From contig JBBRXO010000003.1 of NCBI GenBank assembly GCA_038248345.1, positions 1-64,000 on the forward strand: 64,000 nucleotides of DNA. Reading direction: 5' to 3'. Below are positions 51,943 through 63,700 of the stretch, piece after piece. A model generated the notes under the pieces. It was not told where the DNA came from. It did not search any database and saw only the letters and a list, made by a program, of their open reading frames with translations. Position numbers and translations under genes: made by a program. Source of the DNA: Armatimonadota bacterium (GTDB lineage Bacteria > Armatimonadota > Hebobacteria > CAIYQO01). The stretch's first letter is position 1. Each line of letters opens with the position of its first letter.

Positions 51943-54081
51943 ATGCCAATTTCGTACCATTCTCATCATAGTCCTATCGGCGCGAATGCGTCGTTTACTG
52001 TAGGTAAGTTCTTCGGTGGTGGAGGCTTTGCTATTGATACTGGCAAGCCAGCGAAAGAGGATGTCTACGTAGGTATCCGCCGTGGTAATGGCCCGGCAGT
52101 GAGCCTGCCGTTTTTTAAAAGTACCGATGCTGCCAATTTGGATATTTTCCTGGTAGAAGGCGCTGCCGAGCAGCCGAATGATGGCATCCAGATACTCGCC
52201 TTCCCGGAAGAGCAGATATCGCGTCAACTGGGGTGGGGGACGGACACCTGGACAGCCCCGGGGGTGACATTCCGCCTCATCACCGCTTTTGATTCTATTC
52301 CAGACCCGACAAGTGCCCCGGCAGATGATGTTAAGCTTGCATTCGTCCCGGCTATCATTGCCGAGGTAACCTTTGACAATTCTACGACCACAGAACCAGC
52401 TACCGGATTCTTCTCCATCGGGGGCGCGTCCAAATCATTGCGTACCGTCGATGATGCCACCGGCGGCGCAGGTCTCACTGGCGTTGCTTTTCAGCGCGAA
52501 TGGGGGATGGCTGCTTCCCCTGCTAGTGGGGCACTATCCTTCGTACACTTTTCCCTCGCTGAAGTGCTGGGGCAAGCGGAACCGGAGACTTTCCGCCTGG
52601 GTGCCACCGGCGGTTTGCTGGTCAATCTGGCAGCCGGTGAGGTGAAGACACTCACCGTAGCACTCGGTTTCTACGAAGGTGACTATGCTACCACTGGCAT
52701 TGATACACACTATTTTTACACCAAATATTTTACTTCCCTGGAGGAAGTGCTTAATTTTGCGTTGGATAATGCCCCGAAGCTCATTGCCAGGTCCGAGCAG
52801 CGCGATGCTGAACTGAAAGCAACGAAGCTGAACGACGATCAGAAGTTCATGATTGCGCAGGCCACGCGTAGCTATTACGGCAACACCGAGTTATTGGAGA
52901 ATGGCGGCAAACCGCTATGGGTGGTGAATGAAGGTGAGTATCAAATGATGAATACCTTCGACCTGACGGTGGACATGCTTTTCTATGAGTTACGCTTCAA
53001 CCCGTGGACAGTAAAGAATGTGCTCGACCAGTTCGCTGAGCGGTACAGCTACTATGACAAGGTGAAGCACCCGGACGAACCGGGTGTATGGTATCCGGGC
53101 GGCATCGCCTTCACTCATGACATGGGCTCACTTAACCAGTTTACCAAGGCGAAGCATTCCAGCTATGAACGTACTGGGTTAGACGGTTGTTTCTCCCATA
53201 TGACGCATGAGCAGTTGAATAATTGGGTGCTTTGTGCCGCACTCTATGTAAATCAAACCGATGATGAGCACTGGCTAGTGCGTCGGCGTTGTATCCTGAA
53301 GGAATGTTTCCAGAGCCTGCTTAATCGTGATGGGCGTACGCCAGAGGAATATGATGGCGTGATGAACCTGGACAGTTCGCGCTGCGGTGTTAACGGGCAG
53401 GAGATTACCACCTATGATTCAATTGATGCCAGTCTCGGGCAGTCTCGTAATAATCTGCACGTGGCGGTAAAAACCTGGGCAGCTTATCTCGCCTTGAAAG
53501 CGATGTTCACACGCCTTGGTTTGCTTGATGACGCGCAATCATGCGAAGAAGCTGCACAACGGACAGCTGCCACCGTGGTCAGTAAATATCTGCCGGAAGA
53601 AGGTTTCATTCCGGCGGTATTCGAGAATGACAATCGCTCCGCCATTATCCCGGCTATCGAAGGTTTGGTCTTCCCCTATCTGCTGGGCGATTTTGATTCA
53701 GTGGCCGTAGATGGACGTTTCACTGAGCTTATCCAGACATTGGTGAAACACCTGCAGACCGTCCTCGTTCCGGGTGTCTGTCTTGATGCCGAGGGACACT
53801 GGTGGAAGATGAGTTCTGCCTCGAATAACACCTGGTTCAGCAAAGTGGCTATTAGCCAGTTCATCGCCCGGCAAATATTGGGGTTTGATTTCGGGGCTGA
53901 AGGCCTGGTTCACGATCGTGCTCATGCTGATTGGCAACGAATCGGCTCCACAGAGTGGGCTATGTGTGATCAGATTGTAAATGGCATCGGGTTGGGGAGT
54001 AGATATTACCCGCGCGGCGTTTCCGATATCCTTTGGTTGGAGGAGTCAGTGGAGACAGCGGTACTGACGCCAAAGAAGTAA
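51943..54081 (+). CDS. GH52 beta-xylosidase
   Basis: HHSPIGANASFT, WVVNEGEYQMMNTFDLTVD, FTHDMG, CFSHMTHEQL, EITTYDS, IIPAIEGL and YYPRGV motifs. Confidence 0.92.
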   Translation: MPISYHSHHSPIGANASFTVGKFFGGGGFAIDTGKPAKEDVYVGIRRGNGPAVSLPFFKSTDAANLDIFLVEGAAEQPNDGIQILAFPEEQISRQLGWGTDTWTAPGVTFRLITAFDSIPDPTSAPADDVKLAFVPAIIAEVTFDNSTTTEPATGFFSIGGASKSLRTVDDATGGAGLTGVAFQREWGMAASPASGALSFVHFSLAEVLGQAEPETFRLGATGGLLVNLAAGEVKTLTVALGFYEGDYATTGIDTHYFYTKYFTSLEEVLNFALDNAPKLIARSEQRDAELKATKLNDDQKFMIAQATRSYYGNTELLENGGKPLWVVNEGEYQMMNTFDLTVDMLFYELRFNPWTVKNVLDQFAERYSYYDKVKHPDEPGVWYPGGIAFTHDMGSLNQFTKAKHSSYERTGLDGCFSHMTHEQLNNWVLCAALYVNQTDDEHWLVRRRCILKECFQSLLNRDGRTPEEYDGVMNLDSSRCGVNGQEITTYDSIDASLGQSRNNLHVAVKTWAAYLALKAMFTRLGLLDDAQSCEEAAQRTAATVVSKYLPEEGFIPAVFENDNRSAIIPAIEGLVFPYLLGDFDSVAVDGRFTELIQTLVKHLQTVLVPGVCLDAEGHWWKMSSASNNTWFSKVAISQFIARQILGFDFGAEGLVHDRAHADWQRIGSTEWAMCDQIVNGIGLGSRYYPRGVSDILWLEESVETAVLTPKK

Positions 54082-54154
54082 GTGAAGCTCATTTCGTTGT
54101 AATTCGCTAAAACCTATGCTAGGATGTGTCTGGTAAATATATGGGGGGATATAG

Positions 54155-55573
54155 ATGTCACGTTTAACAACTATCTTGCTACTACTACTGGTGTTACCTT
54201 GTGCGCTATTGGCGGCGCCAGCAGTATCTCCGATGATGCCGGGTGCCTTCTACGATGGTTCCTGCACGATGGCGCCGCTCTTTGTCGTGAGTGTTTGGAT
54301 GGGTGCCTATGCTGATTATAATATCGACACCGGGGCAATAACGCTCTATTCCCCTGAGCACAAGGTGAGCATGAAAATTGGCAGCGCTAACGCTATCTGT
54401 GATGGAAAGGCGCAGGTGTTCCCGTCGGCAGTCATGCTAAAAGACAACATTATATTCGCCCCGGCGGAGGCTATCGCTTCCGCCTTGGGGGGCGAACTGG
54501 TATTGCCCGGTTCTCCCAATTCGCTGACAATTAGCAATCCGAAAACAAAAGAAAAGTTGCGCCTGTTCCTCGCCGGGCGTGCTGCCCAGGCACAAACATT
54601 GTTCGCCGCAGTAATGGCCGACCGTGCCCTTGATGTACAAATTACCTTGAATGTAAATCCAGAACTGGCACTGGCGACTGACATCGAGAATAACACGTTG
54701 CTCCATGTTGCGGCCGTCAATAACAACCGGAATTTACCCGATCCACTATTGAAGAGTGATTGTACCAGCAAACTGCCCGAGGTAATGACGAATTCTCTTA
54801 CAATCGCTAAATTGTTGCTGGAGAAGGGAGTGAGCCCTAATGCGCATAATCGTGCTGGGGTCACCCCTTTTGCAGCTGCAGCGGGTAAAGGATTGACGCC
54901 ATTCCATCTATTATTGGCGGAGAATGGCGCAGATGTAAATACTACCTTTGCCGGCGGTTTCACTCAGTTGATGTATGCCGTCATGCAGGATAACCTGCCT
55001 ATAGTGCAGTACTTGCTGGCACATGGCGCAGCCCCTGATCTAAAAAACAAAGATGATTTCTATGCGTTGCATTATGCGTTATCTCCTGATAGCACAGATA
55101 TGAAGATTGTTAACGCGCTGCTTGATGCGGCGGCTGATCCCAATATTGTTGACGGGAATGGCTGGACAGCTCTCGATCGCGCCGCCTGGTTTGGTCTGGA
55201 GGATGTAGTGGTGGTATTGCTGGCGCATAAGGCAGACCCCAACTCCTCCATGCGTCTGGAAAAATTGACCCCCCTTCATTCCGCCATAATTGTCCGCGGC
55301 GATACTAGCAGGACACTGAAAGGTGATGGCCTGACGATGGCGCGTGAACTGGTGGCTAAGGACGCGAAAGTGAATGTAAAAAATTACCAGGGTGACACAC
55401 CGTTACACTTCGCGACACGACAGGGATGGTCGGCAGCAGTAGATTTTCTGCTCGCTAGCGGAGCCGATGTCAACGCCCGCAATGAGAATAATGAAACCCC
55501 ATTGCGGATTGCTGTGGAATGGAATTACCTGGCTATTGCGGATGTGCTGGCTAAAAATGGCGCAAAACAGTAA
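54155..55573 (+). CDS. Secreted Cu-amine-oxidase-N-like plus ankyrin-repeat protein
   Basis: Signal peptide; N-domain MKIGS...IFAPAEAIASALG; multiple ankyrin repeats (GDTPLHFA...GADVN). Confidence 0.82.
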   Translation: MSRLTTILLLLLVLPCALLAAPAVSPMMPGAFYDGSCTMAPLFVVSVWMGAYADYNIDTGAITLYSPEHKVSMKIGSANAICDGKAQVFPSAVMLKDNIIFAPAEAIASALGGELVLPGSPNSLTISNPKTKEKLRLFLAGRAAQAQTLFAAVMADRALDVQITLNVNPELALATDIENNTLLHVAAVNNNRNLPDPLLKSDCTSKLPEVMTNSLTIAKLLLEKGVSPNAHNRAGVTPFAAAAGKGLTPFHLLLAENGADVNTTFAGGFTQLMYAVMQDNLPIVQYLLAHGAAPDLKNKDDFYALHYALSPDSTDMKIVNALLDAAADPNIVDGNGWTALDRAAWFGLEDVVVVLLAHKADPNSSMRLEKLTPLHSAIIVRGDTSRTLKGDGLTMARELVAKDAKVNVKNYQGDTPLHFATRQGWSAAVDFLLASGADVNARNENNETPLRIAVEWNYLAIADVLAKNGAKQ

Positions 55574-55582
55574 GGTGGGACG

Positions 55583-56389
55583 GTGGCCGCTATTCAATCA
55601 ACACCAGTGACAGCGATTCTCATTCGTGGTCACGATTATGGAGAAGGCCACCGCCTGCTAACCTTGCTGACACGGGAAGCGGGCAAGATTACTGCTGTTG
55701 CGCGTGGTATTCGTAAACCCAAAGCTAAATTGGCCTCCATCTTGCAGCATTTCACCAAAGCGACGCTTGACCTCACCACTGGTCGCCAATTCGCCATTAT
55801 CACCGGTGCGCAAATGCTGGACTCATATTACGGTTTGCGCGCTGATTTACGCTCCTTCGCCAACGCCTCCTACCTATGTGAGCTTTTTGATGAAACATTG
55901 GAGGATAACCAGGGGGCTCCGGAGTTGTTTGATTTACTCGCCGCGGCTTTGTCGCAAAACGATAAGGGAACTGCAACCGAAATGAGTAACCGATATGTTG
56001 AGATCCATTTAATCTCCGCATTGGGGTATTTGCCGCGCCTGACCCATTGTGCTCATTGTAATGCCCCGCTGGCAGTTGCTGATGAAGCGGGGAAGACGAT
56101 ATGGCCGGTCTGGCTGGGTTTTACCGCAGCGCATGGCGGGGCCTTGTGCATCAATTGCTTGCCGCTGGTACCTGGTGCCCGCCGGATCGCTGCGGGCACT
56201 ATACAGGTTTCCCTATTGATGCTTAACATGGAAATGGAGACGCTTAGCGCACTCAATTTATCGACTCAGCTCAAAAAAGAGATTGAAATTACCTACCGAG
56301 ATTACCTGGAATATCAATTAGGACGTGAATTGCGCAGTTCTCGGTACATAAATGCATTCACCAATGACGAAATATCACGTATAATATAG
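55583..56389 (+). CDS. recO: DNA repair protein RecO
   Basis: DYGEGHRLLTLLTREAGKITAVARGIRKPK; CAHC...CINC Zn finger. Confidence 0.92.
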   Translation: MAAIQSTPVTAILIRGHDYGEGHRLLTLLTREAGKITAVARGIRKPKAKLASILQHFTKATLDLTTGRQFAIITGAQMLDSYYGLRADLRSFANASYLCELFDETLEDNQGAPELFDLLAAALSQNDKGTATEMSNRYVEIHLISALGYLPRLTHCAHCNAPLAVADEAGKTIWPVWLGFTAAHGGALCINCLPLVPGARRIAAGTIQVSLLMLNMEMETLSALNLSTQLKKEIEITYRDYLEYQLGRELRSSRYINAFTNDEISRII

Positions 56390-56463
56390 TCGACTACTGG
56401 GAATACTATATTAGTAAATAGGTAAAATTCAGGAAAGTAGCAGTAGCACAGGTCACAGCAACT

Positions 56464-57891
56464 ATGATAGAACAGACAAAGACATCGGTACTCATCAAAG
56501 CAAAAGCGGGTAACAACGTTCGCCCCCTGCTGATCACCGGAATTATTATCCTCGGCATCGCGCTTATCTTCAGTGCGCTCCTGGTAATTGCTCAACCACG
56601 CGATGGTAAAATTGCCAGTGGTGTTTTCGCGCTGGGAGTAGATTTAAGCGATTTGACTCCTGAATCGGCTACCGCCAAAGTAGCTGCTGTTATTCCCGAG
56701 GTTATCGGCCAGCCGATAACTATGCGTGCGGGTGATGTAGACAAGAAGACTACGTTAAAAGAGATAGGTGTAGCGTTGGATGCCACTGCGGTGGTGAAGC
56801 AGGCAGTAGCTATCGGGCGTACGGTCTCCCCCTTTAAAAATTTGCTGCATATGGTGAAGCTGAGCGAACAGCAGGCGTTGGCATCGTTGCCTTTTACATT
56901 ACAGGATGATAAGGCCAAAGAGATCGTCACAGCAATGGCGAAGGATGTTGATGTACCAGCAAAGGATGCTACCGGTAAATGGGACAGCACCGCTGCGAAG
57001 ATGAAGGTAACCCCGGAGCAGACCGGGAAGAAGCTTGATATTGAAGGCAGTATCGGCAAAATTAAGAGCGACCTGATGCCTGTATTACAAGATTGTCGAG
57101 ATTACCCTCCGACACTGGAGTTACCTTTTGCGGAACAGGCACCCAAAGTAACTGCATCGATACTCGGACAAATAGATAGTCCCATTGGCGATTTCACCAC
57201 CGCCTACGCCACCAGTACTAATAACCGCGCCAGTAACGTAGAGACGGCCGCGAAGACGATAAATAATACCCTATTGATGCCGGGTGAGGAATTCTCTTTC
57301 AATAAGGTAGTTGGCCCGCGTACCGTGGATGCAGGTTTTGTTACCGCCCCGGTGATTATGGATGGTCAGTTGCAGCCGGGCATGGGTGGGGGCATCTGCC
57401 AAGTATCTACCACACTCTATAACGCTGCGCTGCTGGCAAATTTGAAGATAACCAAGCGTAGTCACCACTCGCTGCCAATTCACTACGCCCCTCCAGGTCG
57501 CGACGCAACTGTGGCATATGATTCTTTGGATCTACGCTTCGAGAACAGCACCAATGCCCCTATTCTTATCAATACCTATGCTAGTGACCGCAAGCTGACT
57601 GTGAGCATTTACGGCAAAGGGCCGGCCCCGAAAGTGAACATTGTATTGAGCAATCAATACAATATGCCGATTAAGAACATCAATAAGGTTGATCCCAACT
57701 TGCCCAAAGGCTACACCAAAGTCGAATCCCCCGGTAAAGCCGGCAAAGCTGTCACAGTGACGCGAGTAGTAGGCGAAGGTGCTGACGCCAAACGCGAACA
57801 GCTTTCCAGTGACAAATATAATGGCTCGCCAAGTATCACTATAGTGGGCACCGGGCCAGAGACGTTGCCAGTACCAGTACCAGTAGAGTAG
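56464..57891 (+). CDS. VanW-family protein with PG-binding and G5-like domains
   Basis: N-terminal TM helix; NRASNV, PGEEFSFNKVVGPR, GGGICQVSTTLYNA, HHS, GRDATV. Confidence 0.88.
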   Translation: MIEQTKTSVLIKAKAGNNVRPLLITGIIILGIALIFSALLVIAQPRDGKIASGVFALGVDLSDLTPESATAKVAAVIPEVIGQPITMRAGDVDKKTTLKEIGVALDATAVVKQAVAIGRTVSPFKNLLHMVKLSEQQALASLPFTLQDDKAKEIVTAMAKDVDVPAKDATGKWDSTAAKMKVTPEQTGKKLDIEGSIGKIKSDLMPVLQDCRDYPPTLELPFAEQAPKVTASILGQIDSPIGDFTTAYATSTNNRASNVETAAKTINNTLLMPGEEFSFNKVVGPRTVDAGFVTAPVIMDGQLQPGMGGGICQVSTTLYNAALLANLKITKRSHHSLPIHYAPPGRDATVAYDSLDLRFENSTNAPILINTYASDRKLTVSIYGKGPAPKVNIVLSNQYNMPIKNINKVDPNLPKGYTKVESPGKAGKAVTVTRVVGEGADAKREQLSSDKYNGSPSITIVGTGPETLPVPVPVE

Positions 57892-58040
57892 AGTAGTAAA
57901 GCCACTCACTGGCATACCTGAAACGCATTTAGTATCAAAAATACTACACTTCAATGCAGACTTGACGCCAGTGTACCCCCGGATATTATTTATGCAAAAA
58001 ATCCAGTATGCTAGTTGGCAGGTTACTGCTTAAGGGGATA

Positions 58041-58853
58041 ATGATGGCAATAGCGGCGAAAAAGATATTCCAAGTGATGGCACGTATAGTCGAGATGCGG
58101 GGGCTGAGTACTGGGTACTACCTGTTGAAGGTGGTGGCGCCGGAGATTGCTAGTGCGGCGTTGCCGGGACAGTTTGCCCAGTTGCGGGTGCGCACGGGAG
58201 CGGTAGTTGATCCGCTGCTGGCGCGGCCCATCAGCATTTATCGTGTCGATAGAGAACGCGGAGAAGTGGAGTTCATCTTCAAAGTGCTGGGGCGTGGCAC
58301 TGGGCTACTGGCAGAGAATGTGCCGGACACTGAGATCAGTATCCTTGGGCCGATAGGCAACGGCTTTTCCGTCCCGGATACAGCGCAACATATTGCACTG
58401 GTGGGCGGTGGGGTGGGGATGCCGCCGCTTTATTTCCTAGCAGAGGAGCTGAAGCGGACGCGCCCGGAGCTGCAAGTAACATTCTTCTATGGCGGGCGCG
58501 GCTGTGACGATCTGCTGGAGCTGGACCGCTGGGAGAAGCTGGGAGCCATAGTAGTATCCGCCACCGAGGATGGTTCCGCCTGCCACTTCGGACTGGTAAC
58601 AGTGCCGCTGTTGGCAGCCTGCCAAACTCAGCAATTCGATTACCTGGCGGCGTGTGGGCCGAAGCCGATGTTACGCGCGGTACAGCAGTTGGCACTGGCG
58701 GCGGGCGTCGCCGGACAACTATCGCTGGAGGAGCGCATGGCCTGCGGGGTGGGAGCGTGCCTCGGATGTGTGTGCTCCACTACCGGCGGGCGGCAACGCG
58801 TCTGCGTAGACGGGCCGGTGTTTGCGCTGGATGAGGTGAAATTCGATGGCTGA
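58041..58853 (+). CDS. pyrK: Dihydroorotate dehydrogenase electron-transfer subunit
   Basis: PGQF, RPIS, GPIGNGF, GGGVGMPP, CGPKPM, EERMACGVGACLGC and VCVDGPVF motifs. Confidence 0.93.
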   Translation: MMAIAAKKIFQVMARIVEMRGLSTGYYLLKVVAPEIASAALPGQFAQLRVRTGAVVDPLLARPISIYRVDRERGEVEFIFKVLGRGTGLLAENVPDTEISILGPIGNGFSVPDTAQHIALVGGGVGMPPLYFLAEELKRTRPELQVTFFYGGRGCDDLLELDRWEKLGAIVVSATEDGSACHFGLVTVPLLAACQTQQFDYLAACGPKPMLRAVQQLALAAGVAGQLSLEERMACGVGACLGCVCSTTGGRQRVCVDGPVFALDEVKFDG

Positions 58854-59757
58854 CATGACGGTGAAGATTGGGACGCTGACGCTGAAGAATCCGGTAGTGC
58901 CGGCCAGCGGCACCTACGGCTACGGGCGCGAGTATAGCAGTCTGTACACCCCGGAGGTTTGGGGGGCGGTGGTGACCAAGGGAGTCTCACCGGTTGCCTG
59001 GCCCGGCAACGATACCCCGCGGCTCTGCGAGACGCCGGCCGGGATGCTCAACGCCATTGGGTTGCAGAATCCGGGGGTGGAGAGCTTCATCAGCGAGGCG
59101 CTGCCGTGGCTAGCGCAGTATGACGTGCCGGTGATCGTTAATATTGTAGGCAAATCCATTGAGGAATATGCGGTGGTGGCGGCACGGCTGCAAGAGTGTG
59201 CCGGGGTTGACGCCTTCGAGCTGAACATCAGTTGCCCGAATGTGAAAGAGGGCGGCATCGCCTTCGGCACTGATCCGGCGGCGGCGGCGGCGGTGACGGC
59301 GGCAGTACGGCGGGTGACGAACAAGCCACTGATCGTGAAGCTCTCGCCCAATGTCACCGACATCACCGTTATCGCCCGTGCGGTGGAGGCGGAGGGGGCG
59401 GATGCGCTGAGCATCACCAACACACTGCTGGGGATGGCGATAGATGTGAAGATGCGCCGTCCGGTGCTGGCCAATGTGGTGGGCGGCCTCTCCGGCCCCG
59501 CCATCAAGCCGGTGGCGTTGCGCATGGTGTGGCAGACCTACCAGCGGGTGAAGATCCCCATCATCGGCATGGGGGGCATCACCTCGGTTACTGATGCGCT
59601 GGAGTTCCTCATGGCTGGCGCTAGCGCCGTGGCCATCGGCACCGGATTATATGTCGATCCCTATACTCCGCAGAAGGTGCTGGCGGGGATAGCAGAGTAT
59701 ATGGCGACAGCGGGATTCACTTCTATAGCCGAAATAACCGGATTAGCACAAAAATAG
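58846..59757 (+). CDS. pyrD: Dihydroorotate dehydrogenase 1B catalytic subunit
   Basis: ASGTYG, NAIGLQNPG, ELNISCPNV, KLSPN and GGLSGPAIKP motifs. Confidence 0.95.
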   Translation: MADMTVKIGTLTLKNPVVPASGTYGYGREYSSLYTPEVWGAVVTKGVSPVAWPGNDTPRLCETPAGMLNAIGLQNPGVESFISEALPWLAQYDVPVIVNIVGKSIEEYAVVAARLQECAGVDAFELNISCPNVKEGGIAFGTDPAAAAAVTAAVRRVTNKPLIVKLSPNVTDITVIARAVEAEGADALSITNTLLGMAIDVKMRRPVLANVVGGLSGPAIKPVALRMVWQTYQRVKIPIIGMGGITSVTDALEFLMAGASAVAIGTGLYVDPYTPQKVLAGIAEYMATAGFTSIAEITGLAQK

Positions 59758-59770
59758 TCGTATTCAGATA

Positions 59771-59814
59771 TTGACATGATGGCGCTAAGAAGGATATTGT
59801 TACATTTAGTACAA
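59771..59814 (+). promoter_or_regulatory. Putative promoter with an overlapping Rex-like palindrome
   Basis: TTGACA (59771-59776) -N18- TATTGT; TTGTTACATTTAGTACAA (59797-59814) fits TTGT-N10-ACAA. Confidence 0.4.
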
Positions 59815-60206
59815 GGGAAGATCAATTATTGGAGAGATATCACAATAAGATAAGGTTTTATTGGTAGAATGCCAGGTAATGGCCAGGTATTAATCAGGAA
59901 GCGCACACTGTAGCTCAATGTTTTTCGTCACAATTTCAGGAGGCGGGATGATGAGTATTTTGCAGGAAGCATTCCCAACCATCATCACACCTCCTGTGGT
60001 AGTGATGGTGAATTATTTCATTTGTTGGATAGTCCTCGCTGATTCCCCATCAGCTGGGCGAGAAATTGTGCGGCGTGTGCAATCAGTAAGTATTTATCCA
60101 CTCACTATCCCTGATTTGAAGGGACTACTACGCCTGAGTTTGCTCTTTAGCTAAGCGAATTCGGGCTTTTTTGCGTCTGCATATCATAGACGAACGAGGA
60201 ATCAAA

Positions 60207-60707
60207 ATGGAGAAAATCGAAACAACCTGTACCTGCGGCGAAGAGACTGATGAAGCGAAGCGCGCGCGGATCATCGAGATCATCGATGAATTTAAGGGAC
60301 GTGATGGCAGCCTGATCCAGATACTGCATCTGGTGCAGGGGGTGTATGGATACCTGCCGTTGGAGATTCAGCAGTTGATCGCCGAGAGGATGGATATCCC
60401 CCTTTCGGAGGTCTACGGCGTAACGACTTTCTACTCATTCTTTTCCACGCAACCACGGGGGAAGAACACCATAAGCGTTTGTATGGGCACCGCCTGCTAT
60501 GTGCGGGGGAGCGCCAAACTGCTGAAAAGACTGTCAGAAATGCTGGGGGTTGAGGTAGGTTCTACCACCGAAGACCGCAAGTATACGTTGGAGGTCATGC
60601 GCTGTATGGGTGCCTGTGGGTTGGCCCCGGCGGTGATGGTGAACGGCGAAGTTATTCCACAAGTTAATCCAGAAAAATTGAATCGTATCCTTGATAAGTG
60701 CGATTAG
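60207..60707 (+). CDS. NuoE/HydC-like 2Fe-2S subunit
   Basis: LIQILHLVQ...GYLP, VYGVTTFYSFF, CMGTAC and CMGACGLAP motifs. Confidence 0.92.
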   Translation: MEKIETTCTCGEETDEAKRARIIEIIDEFKGRDGSLIQILHLVQGVYGYLPLEIQQLIAERMDIPLSEVYGVTTFYSFFSTQPRGKNTISVCMGTACYVRGSAKLLKRLSEMLGVEVGSTTEDRKYTLEVMRCMGACGLAPAVMVNGEVIPQVNPEKLNRILDKCD

Positions 60708-60718
60708 GAGAAAAGGTA

Positions 60719-63700
60719 ATGGCAAATATCCCTGAAAAAGTTATCTCCAGAGCTGATCTGGAGTCAATTAAAACACAATACGATGCGCAGCAAAAAGATA
60801 TCCGCTTCCATCTGCTGGTATGTGCTGGCGCTGGCTGCGTCTCTTCCGGCTGTTATGCCGTGCGTGATGCGCTGGTTGCCGCGCTGAAAGATGCGGGGCT
60901 CACCGAGCAGGTATCGCTACAGGAGACTGGCTGCATCGGCACCTGCGACCTGGGGCCATCGCTGGTGATACAGCCGGACGATGTCTTCTACACGAAGCTA
61001 AAACCGGAAGATATGGCACGGATTGTACAACAGCACCTGCAGGATGGACAGGTTATCGAACGCCTCTGCTACTGGGACAAGGACAAAGAGAAGCACGTCA
61101 CCCAGTTGTCGGAGATTGAATTCTTCAAACGGCAACTGCGGTTAGTGACCGGGCGTTGCGGCAATCTGCCGTATCAGTCGGTCGAGGCGTATATCTCCTC
61201 GGATGGCTACCTGGCGCTGGCGAAAGCCCTCACCGATATGTCGCGCATGGACGTCATCGACGAGATGAAACGCTCTGGCCTGCGGGGCCGCGGCGGCGGC
61301 GGTTTCCCCGCCGGCATCAAGTGGCTGGCGGGCTATAACGCGCCGGGCAGCGAGAAGTACATCGTCTGCAATGGCGACGAGGGCGACCCTGGCGCATTCA
61401 TGGATCGCTCGCTGATGGAGGGTGATCCTCACGCCGTCATCGAGGGGATGTTAATCGCCGGTTATGCTATCGGCGCTAATCATGGCTTTATCTATGTACG
61501 AGCCGAGTACCCGCTGGCTATTAACCGCATGGAAGTCGCGCTGCGCCAGGCACGGGAATTAGGTCTCCTCGGTGACCACGTGATGGGCACCGACTTCGCC
61601 TTTGATATTGAGATTCGCATCGGAGCAGGAGCCTTTGTCTGCGGTGAAGAGACCGCGCTGATGGATTCCATCGAGGGCAAACGCGGCGAGCCACGACAGA
61701 AGCCGCCATTCCCCTTCGAGGCGGGTGTTTTCGGCAAGCCGACGATTATCAATAATGTGGAGACGCTGGCCAATGTTCCGCTGATCATCTACCGGGGTGC
61801 GGACTGGTTCACGCAATACGGCACTGAAGGCAGCAAGGGGACGAAAGTCTTCGCGCTGGCCGGTGATGTGCAGAACACCGGCATCGTCGAAGTACCGCTG
61901 GGCATTCCGTTGGGAGAGATCATCTTCGATATCGGCGGCGGCATCCAGAAGGGCAAGCTCTTCAAAGCCGCGCAGACCGGCGGCCCCTCGGGCGGTTGTC
62001 TCACGCGCAAGCATCTGAATACTCCGGTGGATTACGATTCGCTGGTGAAGCTGGGCACTATCATGGGCTCCGGCGGTCTCATCGTCATGGATGAGGACAC
62101 CTGTATGGTGGATGTCGCCCGGTTCTTCCTCGATTTCGTGCAGGATGAATCCTGCGGTAAGTGTGTCCCCTGCCGTATCGGCACCAAGCGTATGCTGGAG
62201 ATTCTGGAGCGTATCACTAAAGGCGAGGGCAAGGAAGGCGATATCGAGTTGCTGGAAGAGCTGGCAATGACTTGCAAAGAGACGGCCACCTGTGGGTTAG
62301 GACAGACGGCAGGTAACCCGGTGTTAAGTACCATCCGCCACTTCCGCGAGGAATATGAAGAGCATATCAAGTATCATTATTGTCGCGCTGGTGTCTGCGC
62401 TGACTTGATGCAGTCGCCATGTCAGAATGCTTGTCCGGCTGGAGTTAACATCCCCGGCTATGTGGCGCTTATCGCCGCTGGCAGGCCGCGGGATGCCTAC
62501 AATCTAGTACGCAAGGAGAATCCATTCCCCGCGATTTGTGGGCGCGTTTGTACTCACCCTTGCGAGAGCAAATGCCGTCGCTCGCAACTGGATGAACCGC
62601 TGGCCATCTGCGACCTGAAGCGCTATGCGGCGGATTATGTCTTTTACAACGAAGAGCCGTATATGGATCTCGTCTTCCCACAAAAACCGGAGTCGGTGGG
62701 GATAATTGGTGCTGGCCCCAGCGGTTTAACCTGCGCCTACTACCTGGCGCGGTTGGGCTATAATGTCACTGTTTATGAAGCTGAGAGTATCGCTGGTGGT
62801 ATGCTGGCGTATGGAATCCCGGAATATCGCCTGCCCAATGCGATCCTCGCAAAAGAGATAAAATTATTGGAGCAAGTTGGTGTAAATATTAAAACTGGGG
62901 TTGAAGTGGGCAAAGATATACTGTTTGCTGAATTGAAAGAGAAGCACAATGCAATTTATATCGCTATCGGCACGCAGTTCCCCAATAAGATTAACATCCC
63001 GGGCGAGGAGCTGCCGGGCGTCTATCATGGCCTGAATTTCCTGCGTGATGTTGCGCTGGGACGCCCGACCACCGTGGGCAAAAACGTGATAGTAATCGGA
63101 GGTGGTAGTACCGCCTTTGATACCGCGCGCACGGCGCTACGCATGGGAGCGGAGAAAGTCACTATTATCTATCGGCGGCAAATCGAAGATATGCCGGCGG
63201 ATGTTCGGGAAATTGATGAAGCTATTGAAGAAGGTATCGAGATCGTTCCGCTCACTGCGCCGCTCGAGTTCGTCGGTCATGAGAGGGTCGAAGGTGTCCG
63301 ATGTGCGCAGATGGAATTGCGTGGTTATGATGATGCCGGACGCCGCAAGCCGGTGCAAGTGAAGGGCAATGAATTCGTCCTCTCGGCGGACATGGTGATC
63401 CCGGCAGTCAGCCAACATTCGGACTTACCTTTCATCGACAAGGATGAAGTGGAACTGACACAATGGGGCACGTTGATAACAGATCCGGAGACGATGATGA
63501 CCTCCATGCGTGGTGTCTTCGCTGGTGGCGATGCGGTGCGCGGCCCCGATGTGGTAATCCAGGCGATTGCCGACGGTAAAAAGACGGCGATCAACATCGA
63601 CCTTTTCCTCGGTGGCGCCGGGGTACTCAATACCGGCGAGGCTATTGAAATCCCAGCGGCAACTGAAGAGAAAGAGGTCGTGGAGCATGAGCGTTTCGCG

